DNA of 64,000 bases, from the IMG/VR virus record IMGVR_UViG_3300005613_000001, positions 186,001 through 250,000 of that record, one strand, 5' to 3'. The notes under the pieces were generated by a model. The model searched no databases. It was not told the origin of the DNA and saw only the letters and a program-made list of their open reading frames with translations. Position 1 is the first letter of the stretch. Each line of letters starts with the position of its first letter. The translations under genes and the position numbers were made by a program. Below are positions 55,517-63,734 of this stretch, piece by piece.

Positions 55517-56197
55517 ATGGAATTAAATTTAAATAAATCTGACTTCCAAGTTATTGGAATGCGAAGGAGCGGTCACCACGCTATTATTCATTGGCTAATT
55601 CCCAACCTGGGTTGTGAGGTTTATTTCTCTAATAACTGTCATATAACAAAAAATAAACAAATCACAACAAACCACAAAGCCAACATAAACATCCCAGAAA
55701 ACGCTCATAGGCTTGTAAATTTTGAGGACAAACTATTAACTCTAATTGAAACAATCATTCGAGGAAAACGCATACTTGTTTTAAGAGACCCTTTCAACTG
55801 TATAGCAAGTAGAATCTGTAAGCGTCTTGATAACAAACGACCATTAACTCCACGTTGCTTAAAATTTGACATGAATCTTTGGTATCAATACGCAATGGAA
55901 TTCACGGGGAAAACAAATTATCTTGGGGGATGTGTTAAAATTAATTACAACAAGTGGTTTGTAGATAAAGAATATAGAAACCAAATTGCAGATAAATTCG
56001 GAGGCTTGAAAAAAGACCTAAAAAGTAAAGTATGTACTTTTAGTAGCTTTGATGGGAAAAAATATCAAGACAGAGCAGAAGAAATGCAAGTTTTACATAG
56101 ATGGAAACAAATAAAACACCCACTCTTTCAAAAGGTTCTAGCCAATAAAAAATTACGCGAACTATCCAACTCAATATTTGGAGATGTGTTGAAATAA
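55517..56197 (+). CDS. Sulfotransferase-fold protein
   Basis: GMRRSGHHAI, LVLRDPFNCIASR, INYNKW. Confidence 0.65.
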   Translation: MELNLNKSDFQVIGMRRSGHHAIIHWLIPNLGCEVYFSNNCHITKNKQITTNHKANINIPENAHRLVNFEDKLLTLIETIIRGKRILVLRDPFNCIASRICKRLDNKRPLTPRCLKFDMNLWYQYAMEFTGKTNYLGGCVKINYNKWFVDKEYRNQIADKFGGLKKDLKSKVCTFSSFDGKKYQDRAEEMQVLHRWKQIKHPLFQKVLANKKLRELSNSIFGDVLK

Positions 56198-56198
56198 A

Positions 56199-56225
56199 AA
56201 AACCCCGCCAAAATGGCGGGGTTTT
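56199..56225. terminator. Bidirectional intrinsic terminator
   Basis: AAAACCCCGCCA-AAA-TGGCGGGGTTTT between convergent genes. Confidence 0.9.
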
Positions 56226-56240
56226 AGCACAATTTTTAAT

Positions 56241-56465
56241 TCACATATAGGCTGGACGACCAGTTGCCTTGGCAACCACCCGTTCATGGGGCCAATTGGG
56301 ATTTCGGCGGGCATAACTTTTCACCAGCCTACCGATTACACGCCCGCTACGAGCGGGATTCCTGCCTAAGCACAGCGCCATCTGCTGGTAGGTGCCCGAC
56401 CAGCCGCCATCCAAAATAGCCTTACAACGATGGTAGGTTTCCGACAATTGAGATTCAGGTTTCAT
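56241..56465 (-). CDS. Alkyltransferase-like (MGMT DNA-binding domain) protein lacking the catalytic Cys
   Basis: TYQQMALCLG..ARSGRVIG and WPHERVV in place of PCHRVV. Confidence 0.5.
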   Translation of the reverse strand: MKPESQLSETYHRCKAILDGGWSGTYQQMALCLGRNPARSGRVIGRLVKSYARRNPNWPHERVVAKATGRPAYM

Positions 56466-56471
56466 CCCAAA

Positions 56472-56601
56472 ACTCCCTGTATGAGAGAACCGCAGGGGGA
56501 CGGCACTCCCTGTATGAGAGCTAAAACCGGCCTGCTTTTCCCATTATAGCACAGGTTTGCTCCCTGTATAGTGGGAAAATTCGAGAAAAATCACCCTGTA
56601 T
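56472..56601. repeat. Four direct copies of CCCTGTAT (two as ACTCCCTGTATGAGAG)
   Basis: Cores at 56475, 56508, 56562, 56594. Confidence 0.85.
56543..56551 (-). promoter_or_regulatory. Extended -10 promoter TG-C-TATAAT
   Basis: Minus strand, between the repeat pairs, upstream of ORF 56465. Confidence 0.6.
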
Positions 56602-56831
56602 CAAATTTCCCGCTGTGGGACGTAGGGCGCGTAGAAATAGCCCATATCAAGATAAGATGGACCCCTATAACTCCCAAATAGCCCAGGATAGCTATGTACG
56701 CCACATTCACGACTGCTCTCGCCCCACGTCGGCCAAACGCCACATTGGGGCACGCGGGTAAGATTAGGAAGATCCTCAGGATTAAATTGCATCATAGATG
56801 CAACATATAATTTAGCTGGCTTCTTCGACAT
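56601..56831 (-). CDS. Hypothetical protein
   Basis: 76-aa ORF overlapping the HD gene end. Confidence 0.35.
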   Translation of the reverse strand: MSKKPAKLYVASMMQFNPEDLPNLTRVPQCGVWPTWGESSRECGVHSYPGLFGSYRGPSYLDMGYFYAPYVPQREI

Positions 56832-57801
56832 AATGTTTCATCCCAATACTAGCGAAATACCAATCCTTATAGATATCAAAAGAATCTCTAAGCGGCTGGC
56901 CTAATTTCACATTTTCTTTGAGGCGAGCTTCTATTTTACCATTCCTGCTACTTATCAAATCTACGGCGCTCAAAATAGTCGCCTCTTGTGATTGTGTCGG
57001 CTTATAGCTTCCCCATTCAATTTTACCATGATGAGATGCTATCAAATGAATAACTTCATTAATGAAATCTTGTTCTAAACCCTCACTCTCACCTACACTC
57101 TTAACCAATTCCATTCCATAGAAAATGTGACCAATGGACTGCTCAGTAGCCAATTGATCTGCTAATCCCGCCTCTGTAATAAAATAGGTTTCAACTTTAC
57201 CTATATCGTGCAATATAGCTCCTGCGTATAGGACATCCCTATTGATGAAGCCATATGGTTCCTTACAACTTTCGTAAATCACCCTACATAAATCTAAAAC
57301 CTCAGCGGTGTGGACCAACAAACCGCCTGAATAATTATGATGAATTGTAGAGGCGGCGGGGCAGGACATCAACTTCTTTCTGTCCAGTTTAGAAAGGCAT
57401 TTATTCACAAAGTTATAGTGTTTCTCATCATCCCACAGGCTCTTATCAGAAATCAACTTCAAAGCCCATTTAAGCCGTTCAGGGTCAGCTTTTGGGAATT
57501 CGCAAAGTTCTTTCTCATCTTCAGGCAAGTCTTCTTTTGATATCCTATCAAAGCCAAGCGGAGAAATTACAATACTCTTATGGGTGGCTAGTTGATCTTT
57601 GAATTTGTTAATTCTGATTACATCATTCACATGGGGATAGTCGGGGTCTTTAGCCGCCTCTTTGTGTGCATCCCACATGTTTGCTTTAATTTGACCAGAA
57701 TTAGTCTTTATAAGCAAAGCATAGTAAAATCTATCCCCAGCTTTAGTAGGGCGAATACCTGTCTCTAACACCAGGGCATATAAGGGAGTTGGTAGAGCCA
57801 T
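56812..57801 (-). CDS. YhaM/Cbf1-like OB-fold + HD-domain nuclease
   Basis: IKANMWD OB region, HHNYSGGLLVHT, LHDIGKV, GHIFYG, SHHG. Confidence 0.8.
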   Translation of the reverse strand: MALPTPLYALVLETGIRPTKAGDRFYYALLIKTNSGQIKANMWDAHKEAAKDPDYPHVNDVIRINKFKDQLATHKSIVISPLGFDRISKEDLPEDEKELCEFPKADPERLKWALKLISDKSLWDDEKHYNFVNKCLSKLDRKKLMSCPAASTIHHNYSGGLLVHTAEVLDLCRVIYESCKEPYGFINRDVLYAGAILHDIGKVETYFITEAGLADQLATEQSIGHIFYGMELVKSVGESEGLEQDFINEVIHLIASHHGKIEWGSYKPTQSQEATILSAVDLISSRNGKIEARLKENVKLGQPLRDSFDIYKDWYFASIGMKHYVEEAS

Positions 57802-57868
57802 TATTTCTTTTCCATGAATACCTTGTTAAAATCAATCCACGTTTCTTGTAACGCTTTTTGCCCGTTCC

Positions 57869-59062
57869 TCAAAACCTACCAAAATCTAACAGTGCTAAAT
57901 TTTGCGTTTGATTCTCACTTCTCCGACGACCACCTGTTGTCAAAACAACATGAACCTTATCATCTCCATGAGCGTTGATTTCCGTCGAACTGACGGTATT
58001 TTTTAGATTACATGCAGCATTTAAGTCTCGATCCATCTCAAGACCACAGCTACACTTGTATGTTCTCTCGGATAGTTTCAAGTCTTTCTTGACCTTGCCA
58101 CAACCCGAACACATCTTACTTGAAGGAAAGAACCGATCCACAAACCTAACCTCAATACCAGACCAACCAGCCTTGTATTCCACCTGCCTACGAAACTCTC
58201 GCATGTTGGCATCGTGAATAGCTTTTGCTAAATTATGGTTTTTGGTCATGCCGCTTACATTCAGATTTTCCATCACAATGATCTGAGGTTGCTTGGTTTT
58301 TACAATCTCTGAACTTGCTTTGTGAGTGGCATCTTTCCTAATGTTCACGACCCGTCGCCACAACCTTGCGATCTTCGTTCGTAGTTTCTTTCTTCGCTTG
58401 CTTTTCTTGTCTATCTTCTTTGCCAGCCTTCGCTGAAAGTATTTGATCTTGCTTTCCAGCTTGGATAATGCTTTGGGATTATCATATTGGCTTCCATCAG
58501 AAGTGGTTGCCAACGTCTTGATGCCCAAGTCGATCCCCAATACATCACCTGTATTTTTATGTTCTTCAACTTCCTCACGAACCAGAACCGAGACATACCA
58601 GCGACCCGCTTGCTCGCTCACCGTTACTGACAAAATGTGTTGGTCAGTTGGGATATATCCCACTTCTTTCAATCTAAGCCAACCGAGTCTCGGTAACTTG
58701 ATTCGTTTGTTTTCAACTTTGATTGATCCAGTCAAACGGAAAGAGCCGATGCCTTTGTTTCTGGACTTGAACTTAGGGAATCCTGCTCGCTTCTCAAAGA
58801 AGTTCTTGAACGCCGTCTGTAAGTCTCTGAGGCTTTCCTGCATCGCACACTTGGAAACCTCATACATGAAGGCAAATTGTCCCTTTTTCTCCACATTGAG
58901 TTCTCGGTGCAGTTGCATGGCGTTTGGCTTAGACTCTTTCTCTTGGATGCGTCCTAACGCCCAATTCCAAGCCTTTCTCGCACAACCAGCGTTCTTCATC
59001 AGCAAAGTGCGTTGCTTATTATTTGGATCAAGTTCTGTTTTGTAAGCCTTCTGGATCAACAT
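57869..59062 (-). CDS. tnpB: TnpB RNA-guided endonuclease
   Basis: KAYKTEL, FPKFKS, GIDLG, VMENL, DRDLNAA RuvC residues; CSGC...CSC zinc finger. Confidence 0.95.
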   Translation of the reverse strand: MLIQKAYKTELDPNNKQRTLLMKNAGCARKAWNWALGRIQEKESKPNAMQLHRELNVEKKGQFAFMYEVSKCAMQESLRDLQTAFKNFFEKRAGFPKFKSRNKGIGSFRLTGSIKVENKRIKLPRLGWLRLKEVGYIPTDQHILSVTVSEQAGRWYVSVLVREEVEEHKNTGDVLGIDLGIKTLATTSDGSQYDNPKALSKLESKIKYFQRRLAKKIDKKSKRRKKLRTKIARLWRRVVNIRKDATHKASSEIVKTKQPQIIVMENLNVSGMTKNHNLAKAIHDANMREFRRQVEYKAGWSGIEVRFVDRFFPSSKMCSGCGKVKKDLKLSERTYKCSCGLEMDRDLNAACNLKNTVSSTEINAHGDDKVHVVLTTGGRRRSENQTQNLALLDFGRF

Positions 59063-59703
59063 GCAGCCTCCTGCTGTTGTTGTTCCAGCAACTTCTTTTG
59101 CTTTCTTATCTCGGCTGAACGTCTCCCGTATATGCGATTACTGAATGAAGACATGAGCGAAAGCATATCTTCAACAAGTTCTGCCTCATAACTCTTGCCT
59201 AAGACTTCGCCAATCCATTCGATCTCAACATCATGGCTGGAAAAGAACTGATTGAGAAAGTCAAAGTTGAAACGAGTCAAACGGTCTTTATGCTCAACTA
59301 CAACCTTGTCAATTTCTCTTTTGGAAACCAGCTTGAATAGTTGCTTGAGTTTAGATCGGGTATCACACATGCCCGATCCCACTTCCTCAAACGATTTTAC
59401 AACATGGTATCCTTGTTTCGCACAATAGGTCAGGACTCGCCCGTTCTGTCGTTCTAGGTCGCCCTTCTGCTTTTGTTCGTGAGAACTGACTCTGCAATAG
59501 CTGGCTACTCGAATTATATCTTTCTTTTTCTGTTTTTGGTATTCACCACAGAGTTTTTGAATGTCGGTCAAGCGATACCTGCGGTGATTTCCACAGGTCT
59601 TGACTGCTTCCAGTTTACCTTCTTCATCCCAAGTTCTCAGAGTATTGATATGGACTCCGAGTAAGTCTGCGGCTTTACCGATGCTCAATAGTTTCTGGTT
59701 CAT
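59056..59703 (-). CDS. tnpA: IS607 TnpA serine recombinase
   Basis: MerR-type HTH (SIGKAADLLGVHINTLRTWD), YCRVSS, VVEHKDRLTRF, ELVEDM; start ATG 59703. Confidence 0.93.
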   Translation of the reverse strand: MNQKLLSIGKAADLLGVHINTLRTWDEEGKLEAVKTCGNHRRYRLTDIQKLCGEYQKQKKKDIIRVASYCRVSSHEQKQKGDLERQNGRVLTYCAKQGYHVVKSFEEVGSGMCDTRSKLKQLFKLVSKREIDKVVVEHKDRLTRFNFDFLNQFFSSHDVEIEWIGEVLGKSYEAELVEDMLSLMSSFSNRIYGRRSAEIRKQKKLLEQQQQEAAC

Positions 59704-59869
59704 TCTCCAATAGTTCCTTTTCACGGAACACATGGAGCCATTCATCGTATTGTTTCTGAAACTCCTCAACTGTGGGAACTTCATCAAGTTCAAACATCAT
59801 AGGATGGACAGTGCCATCTGCTGTTTCAAACTCAGTTTTGGTTACTTTGACGATTTTTCGGCTCAACAT
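59675..59869 (-). CDS. Small acidic ORF upstream of tnpA inside the IS
   Basis: GAGAGG RBS; TACATA box at 59889-59894; overlaps the tnpA start. Confidence 0.55.
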   Translation of the reverse strand: MLSRKIVKVTKTEFETADGTVHPMMFELDEVPTVEEFQKQYDEWLHVFREKELLENEPETIEHR

Positions 59870-59956
59870 AATGTGTTTCCTCTCTTTATATGTAGTATCA
59901 TACCTACAATTTTCATTTAGAAAAAGTCAGATTTTGTGAGATTTTCTGGCAACTGT

Positions 59957-60610
59957 TCACAACCCTTCCAATGGCGGCTTTTTTGCCATTGTAATTTTTC
60001 GCTTGCTTATTGATTCGGGTGAGGGCTTTTTGCCTAAATGAGACAATCTAATTTTATTTTTAGTTTCTTCAGAAAACACCTTCCCTAAATGCCTTAATCT
60101 AATTCTTTCTTTAGTCTCTTTTGAATGTTTTCGCCCGAGTTGGCATTGTCTCCTTCGCTCTCTTACACTGCATGGGGTTCCAAACTCTTTAAATCTCTTT
60201 TTTTGAGAATTGCTTTGTTTTAATTTAGATTCAGTTGTCCAAACTCGTTTTTTATTCGCATTGCCTATTTTAATCTTTGTTTCATCACTTCGCTTCATGC
60301 CAAGACAACTACCGCCTGCGGTTGGTTGCATATTATAACAATTCCCCCAAACTTCATTAATCCAATATTGTTCTCGATCATCTAGCTCCCCAATATCACA
60401 AACTTCTTCTAATATAAAAAACTCAAAATTATCACCACCATATTTATTCCAAGCTCTTTGTAGGTGTTTGTTGTAATGAGAGCCCTTAATCAATAATCTT
60501 TTATGTTCCAAAAAACGACCCTCCACTCCCTTTTTGCCATTCACCTGCCCAACGTACATCTTATTATTTACTTTGTTTTTTATCCCGTATATTCCCTGTG
60601 TCTTTTTCAT
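59957..60610 (-). CDS. GIY-YIG homing endonuclease with NUMOD3 repeats
   Basis: GIYGIKN...MYVGQ, HYNKHLQRAWNKYG, E...N catalytic residues, four G.K.S.E(T/S) repeats. Confidence 0.9.
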   Translation of the reverse strand: MKKTQGIYGIKNKVNNKMYVGQVNGKKGVEGRFLEHKRLLIKGSHYNKHLQRAWNKYGGDNFEFFILEEVCDIGELDDREQYWINEVWGNCYNMQPTAGGSCLGMKRSDETKIKIGNANKKRVWTTESKLKQSNSQKKRFKEFGTPCSVRERRRQCQLGRKHSKETKERIRLRHLGKVFSEETKNKIRLSHLGKKPSPESISKRKITMAKKPPLEGL

Positions 60611-60761
60611 AAATCATCTCCAGATCAGAAACCCTATATCTTCTGTGCCCTCCGATTGTGCGAAGTGGGGCGAGTTTGCCATTCTTATCCCAATTTCTCA
60701 AAGTGGTCGTAGTGACTCCTAACATTGAAGCCGCTTTTTTTATAGACACAATTTCTTCCAT
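60564..60761 (-). CDS. Stand-alone MerR-type HTH similar to the IS607 TnpA N-domain
   Basis: SIKKAASMLGVTTTTLRNWDKNGKL...GGHRRY; start ATG 60761. Confidence 0.75.
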   Translation of the reverse strand: MEEIVSIKKAASMLGVTTTTLRNWDKNGKLAPLRTIGGHRRYRVSDLEMIYEKDTGNIRDKKQSK

Positions 60762-60780
60762 AATATTATATAGTAACACT

Positions 60781-62163
60781 TTATAGGTTTTTATAAGATT
60801 TTACAACTTTTTCAATAATTTGGGTTGTAGAAACACCTTCCACTAATGGGGCATAATAGAACTCCTTAGCCAATTCAGCAGAGCGGGGTCGTTTTATACC
60901 TTCACCCTTTACGAGCACATCAGGCTGAATTTCCTTATACAAGTTATAAGGACTTTCAGTTTTAAAAGGAAGTACAAAATCTACACACTCTAAGGAAGCA
61001 ATTAAATTTAATCTCTGTTCTAAAGGTACAACAGGTCGATTTTCGCCCTTTAGCTTTTTAACACTTTCATCAGAATTTATTAAAACAGCCAACTTATCCC
61101 CTTTTGATTTAGCAAATTGAAAAGAAGCAACATGCCCATAATGCATAAGATCAAATACGCCATTCGAACACACTAATTTAAAATCTCTATTCATCAGATC
61201 GTGGGGGTCCACAAATTTTGTTTCAACAAGCTCATAAGGATATATGGGCTTATTGTATTCCATCTGGACATAAACAGCACCAGCCCTATAGGCAATTTCA
61301 ACAGCTTCAACTAAAGAGAAATTATGAGCTATTGCTAGAGCTAAATGGGACACAAATGAGTCTCCCGCCCCAATTACACTGGTTACTTCTGTGGAGAGAT
61401 TGGGGCGGTATGAAAATGTCTTTCCATCTATTGACATCCCCATCACACCACACCCGCCATAAGTTGTTACAATATTACTTCCACCTAACTTTTCAGCCAA
61501 TCTCTGACATTGGAAATCAGGGTCTTTTACATCTGTAAATCGTTCTGCTTCGACAGAATTAGGCTTAAAAACCGAACACCCTATCCATTTCTCAATAGGT
61601 TCATCTTTGGGATCAACTATAGTTTTAACGCCATGCGTATGACAAATTGTAATGATCTCTTGTGTAAACTTAAAATCATTAAAAAGCCCCTTGCCATAAT
61701 CACTTAAAATTGCTAATTCAAACGCATTTTTCCTAATCCCCTCTTCAAAAACCTCAAGCAACCGCCTGCGGTCATCATGATCTATCACAAATTGACTTGT
61801 TTCAATATCCCATCTAATTAAATTTTGACCATCTTGAAATCGTTTTTTGATTGGAATTCTATTAGATGTGATAACAGGATCAATATTTAGATGATGTAAA
61901 ACATTTAAATCCTTCTGGGAGAGCAACCCAAATAATGTGTATTCCACATTCCAGTTCTTAAACTGGTGTGCTACATTTGCCGCACCACCAGGAACTACTT
62001 GAATGGGTTCGTCATCATTTGACCGCATAACGGGGATTGGGGCCTCGGGTGAAATCCTTTTTACATCCACCTTGTAATACTCATCAATCATTAGGTCGCC
62101 CAAAATGGCTATACGAGGCGATCTTAAACGGTTATCTGTAAGGTATTGTGCTATTATGCTCAT
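60781..62163 (-). CDS. hldE: Bifunctional heptose-7-phosphate kinase / heptose-1-phosphate adenylyltransferase
   Basis: GDLMIDEY, RISPEAPIPV, PGGAANVA, SDYGKG, GAGDSF; NGVFDLMHYGH, NSDESVKKLKG.NRP, STTQII. Confidence 0.92.
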   Translation of the reverse strand: MSIIAQYLTDNRLRSPRIAILGDLMIDEYYKVDVKRISPEAPIPVMRSNDDEPIQVVPGGAANVAHQFKNWNVEYTLFGLLSQKDLNVLHHLNIDPVITSNRIPIKKRFQDGQNLIRWDIETSQFVIDHDDRRRLLEVFEEGIRKNAFELAILSDYGKGLFNDFKFTQEIITICHTHGVKTIVDPKDEPIEKWIGCSVFKPNSVEAERFTDVKDPDFQCQRLAEKLGGSNIVTTYGGCGVMGMSIDGKTFSYRPNLSTEVTSVIGAGDSFVSHLALAIAHNFSLVEAVEIAYRAGAVYVQMEYNKPIYPYELVETKFVDPHDLMNRDFKLVCSNGVFDLMHYGHVASFQFAKSKGDKLAVLINSDESVKKLKGENRPVVPLEQRLNLIASLECVDFVLPFKTESPYNLYKEIQPDVLVKGEGIKRPRSAELAKEFYYAPLVEGVSTTQIIEKVVKSYKNL

Positions 62164-62196
62164 AACATAATGAGAGTAAAATCATACAATATTAAA

Positions 62197-62204
62197 TATA
62201 AATA
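62197..62204 (+). promoter_or_regulatory. Canonical T4-type late promoter TATAAATA
   Basis: Exact match upstream of ATG 62240. Confidence 0.6.
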
Positions 62205-62239
62205 AGGCAAAGGACATTCCGTAAATACAAGGTGGTATT

Positions 62240-62935
62240 ATGATACACAATCAGAGAATTTATCAAATAATAATTCGAGGAGAAAGAAACACAGGAACAC
62301 ACTGGTTGCATTCCCTATGCCGAGAGAATATTAAGAACGTGAAAATAGGCAATAAGGCATACTTATGGAAGCACGGATTTTTTCTAGGAAAAGAACCTAA
62401 AAAAACAACACATTTAATTTTAGTGATTACAAAAGATGTATATGCATGGGTTTATTCATTGTATAAGCGCCCATATCATGTGAAAAGAACTTCAAATTTA
62501 AATCACTTCATAAGAAGGCCATACCAATCATTCTGCACTACTAAATGGTTCGTCAAACACATGAAGCAAACTATGTATAAGGAGTTAACCTTTGAGAAAA
62601 AACCAAATGGTAAATTATACGAAAACATCATACAACTAAGAAATGCAAAACATCGCCAATGGCTATCATTAAGAGGAGAGAGAAAAGTTGAATTTATAAA
62701 ATACGAAGACCTATTTGCAACTCCTGAGAAAGTTATTGATACAATATGTCAAAAATACAAGTTACAGACCAAAAGATTCACAAACAAAATGGGTTGGCGA
62801 AGTCAGTGGTCATCTCCTAAAACATATAAAGAAAATGATCCCAAAGCTCGCTTTAATAAAAAACAAATCCAATTTATAGCCGCTGAAAATGATTGGGAAA
62901 CAGAGGCTCTCATAGATCAAATCGCCATTAAATAA
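62240..62935 (+). CDS. Sulfotransferase-fold protein
   Basis: GERNTGTHWL, WKHG, ITKDVYAWVYSLY, IKYEDL. Confidence 0.65.
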   Translation: MIHNQRIYQIIIRGERNTGTHWLHSLCRENIKNVKIGNKAYLWKHGFFLGKEPKKTTHLILVITKDVYAWVYSLYKRPYHVKRTSNLNHFIRRPYQSFCTTKWFVKHMKQTMYKELTFEKKPNGKLYENIIQLRNAKHRQWLSLRGERKVEFIKYEDLFATPEKVIDTICQKYKLQTKRFTNKMGWRSQWSSPKTYKENDPKARFNKKQIQFIAAENDWETEALIDQIAIK

Positions 62936-62936
62936 C

Positions 62937-63722
62937 CTACATAGTTATCTTGGGTAAATCTTCCATTCCTAACGCATATCGGAAAGCGCTAGATATCATA
63001 AAATTACTATTAAGCCAATCATTTGGAGTGAATTGGAAACAATGTCTTGGAGCATCTTTCTTAAAATGCGATCCAAAACAAATAGCCCAGATAACAGGCG
63101 CGGGGAATTTCTTTCTGATGAACTTAGACCAATGTTTATTAGAAAGAAATGCAGCAGCAGCCTCACTTATGGGACATGGACGCTGATAGTGTAACCCATA
63201 AACATCACCAGATACCCTGCTTTTATTTAACATTACGGCCCCAATAGCGTGCCAACTAGGAACCTTAAATTTAGTTTTTTTTAATAGCTTATATTGCTTA
63301 CGTAAGTATCTTTTTAATGTTGGACTATTAGGCTTTGCAATCATTAAATTTACAGATAGCCACTTTGTTGTCCCTGGCGAAAGCTCATCAGCCATAAATG
63401 TGGCCTTAGATTTCTCAAGACGATCAGTTAAAAGAGATAAATTATTCAAACAAATTACATCTACATCTACAAAAACCCCGCCATATTTAGTCAGAATTCT
63501 TGGCTTAACATAATCTGTCTTGTGTGCCCATTTCCTAATTTTCTCCCAATTTTCCGTCAAATCCGGCAAATACTCTCTGATGTTTTTGCTGTTTAATAAA
63601 TGAAAATCAAAGTCTTGAGAATTATGAAGCAGTGTTTTGAGTCCCAACTCACAAAGCGGGGGCATAGGGGGTCCATCCCAAAAACACCAAAGATTTTTTA
63701 GTTTGGGTTCAACTTCTTGCAT
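62937..63722 (-). CDS. Capsular-polysaccharide-synthesis / GT32-like glycosyltransferase
   Basis: LWCFWDG, HKTDYVK..IL.KYGGVFVDVD DxD; TATATA at 63727-63732. Confidence 0.8.
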   Translation of the reverse strand: MQEVEPKLKNLWCFWDGPPMPPLCELGLKTLLHNSQDFDFHLLNSKNIREYLPDLTENWEKIRKWAHKTDYVKPRILTKYGGVFVDVDVICLNNLSLLTDRLEKSKATFMADELSPGTTKWLSVNLMIAKPNSPTLKRYLRKQYKLLKKTKFKVPSWHAIGAVMLNKSRVSGDVYGLHYQRPCPISEAAAAFLSNKHWSKFIRKKFPAPVIWAICFGSHFKKDAPRHCFQFTPNDWLNSNFMISSAFRYALGMEDLPKITM

Positions 63723-63734
63723 AATCTATATATA

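Larger units (their letters stand above)
57862..59964 (-). mobile_element. IS607-family insertion sequence (small ORF, tnpA, tnpB)
   Basis: tnpA+tnpB pair; right end ...GAGGAACGG; AGATTTT subterminal repeats near both ends; GG at both junctions (ends accurate to +/-1 nt). Confidence 0.85.

Noticed and set aside
56475-56520. LexA SOS boxes (CTGTATGAG resembles half of the E. coli recA box)
   Set aside because: The second half-site CAG is not at the required CTG-N10-CAG spacing; the repeats are direct, not palindromic
56472-56601. Mini CRISPR array
   Set aside because: Conserved cores are only 8-16 nt, spacing is irregular (33/54/32), and no cas genes are present
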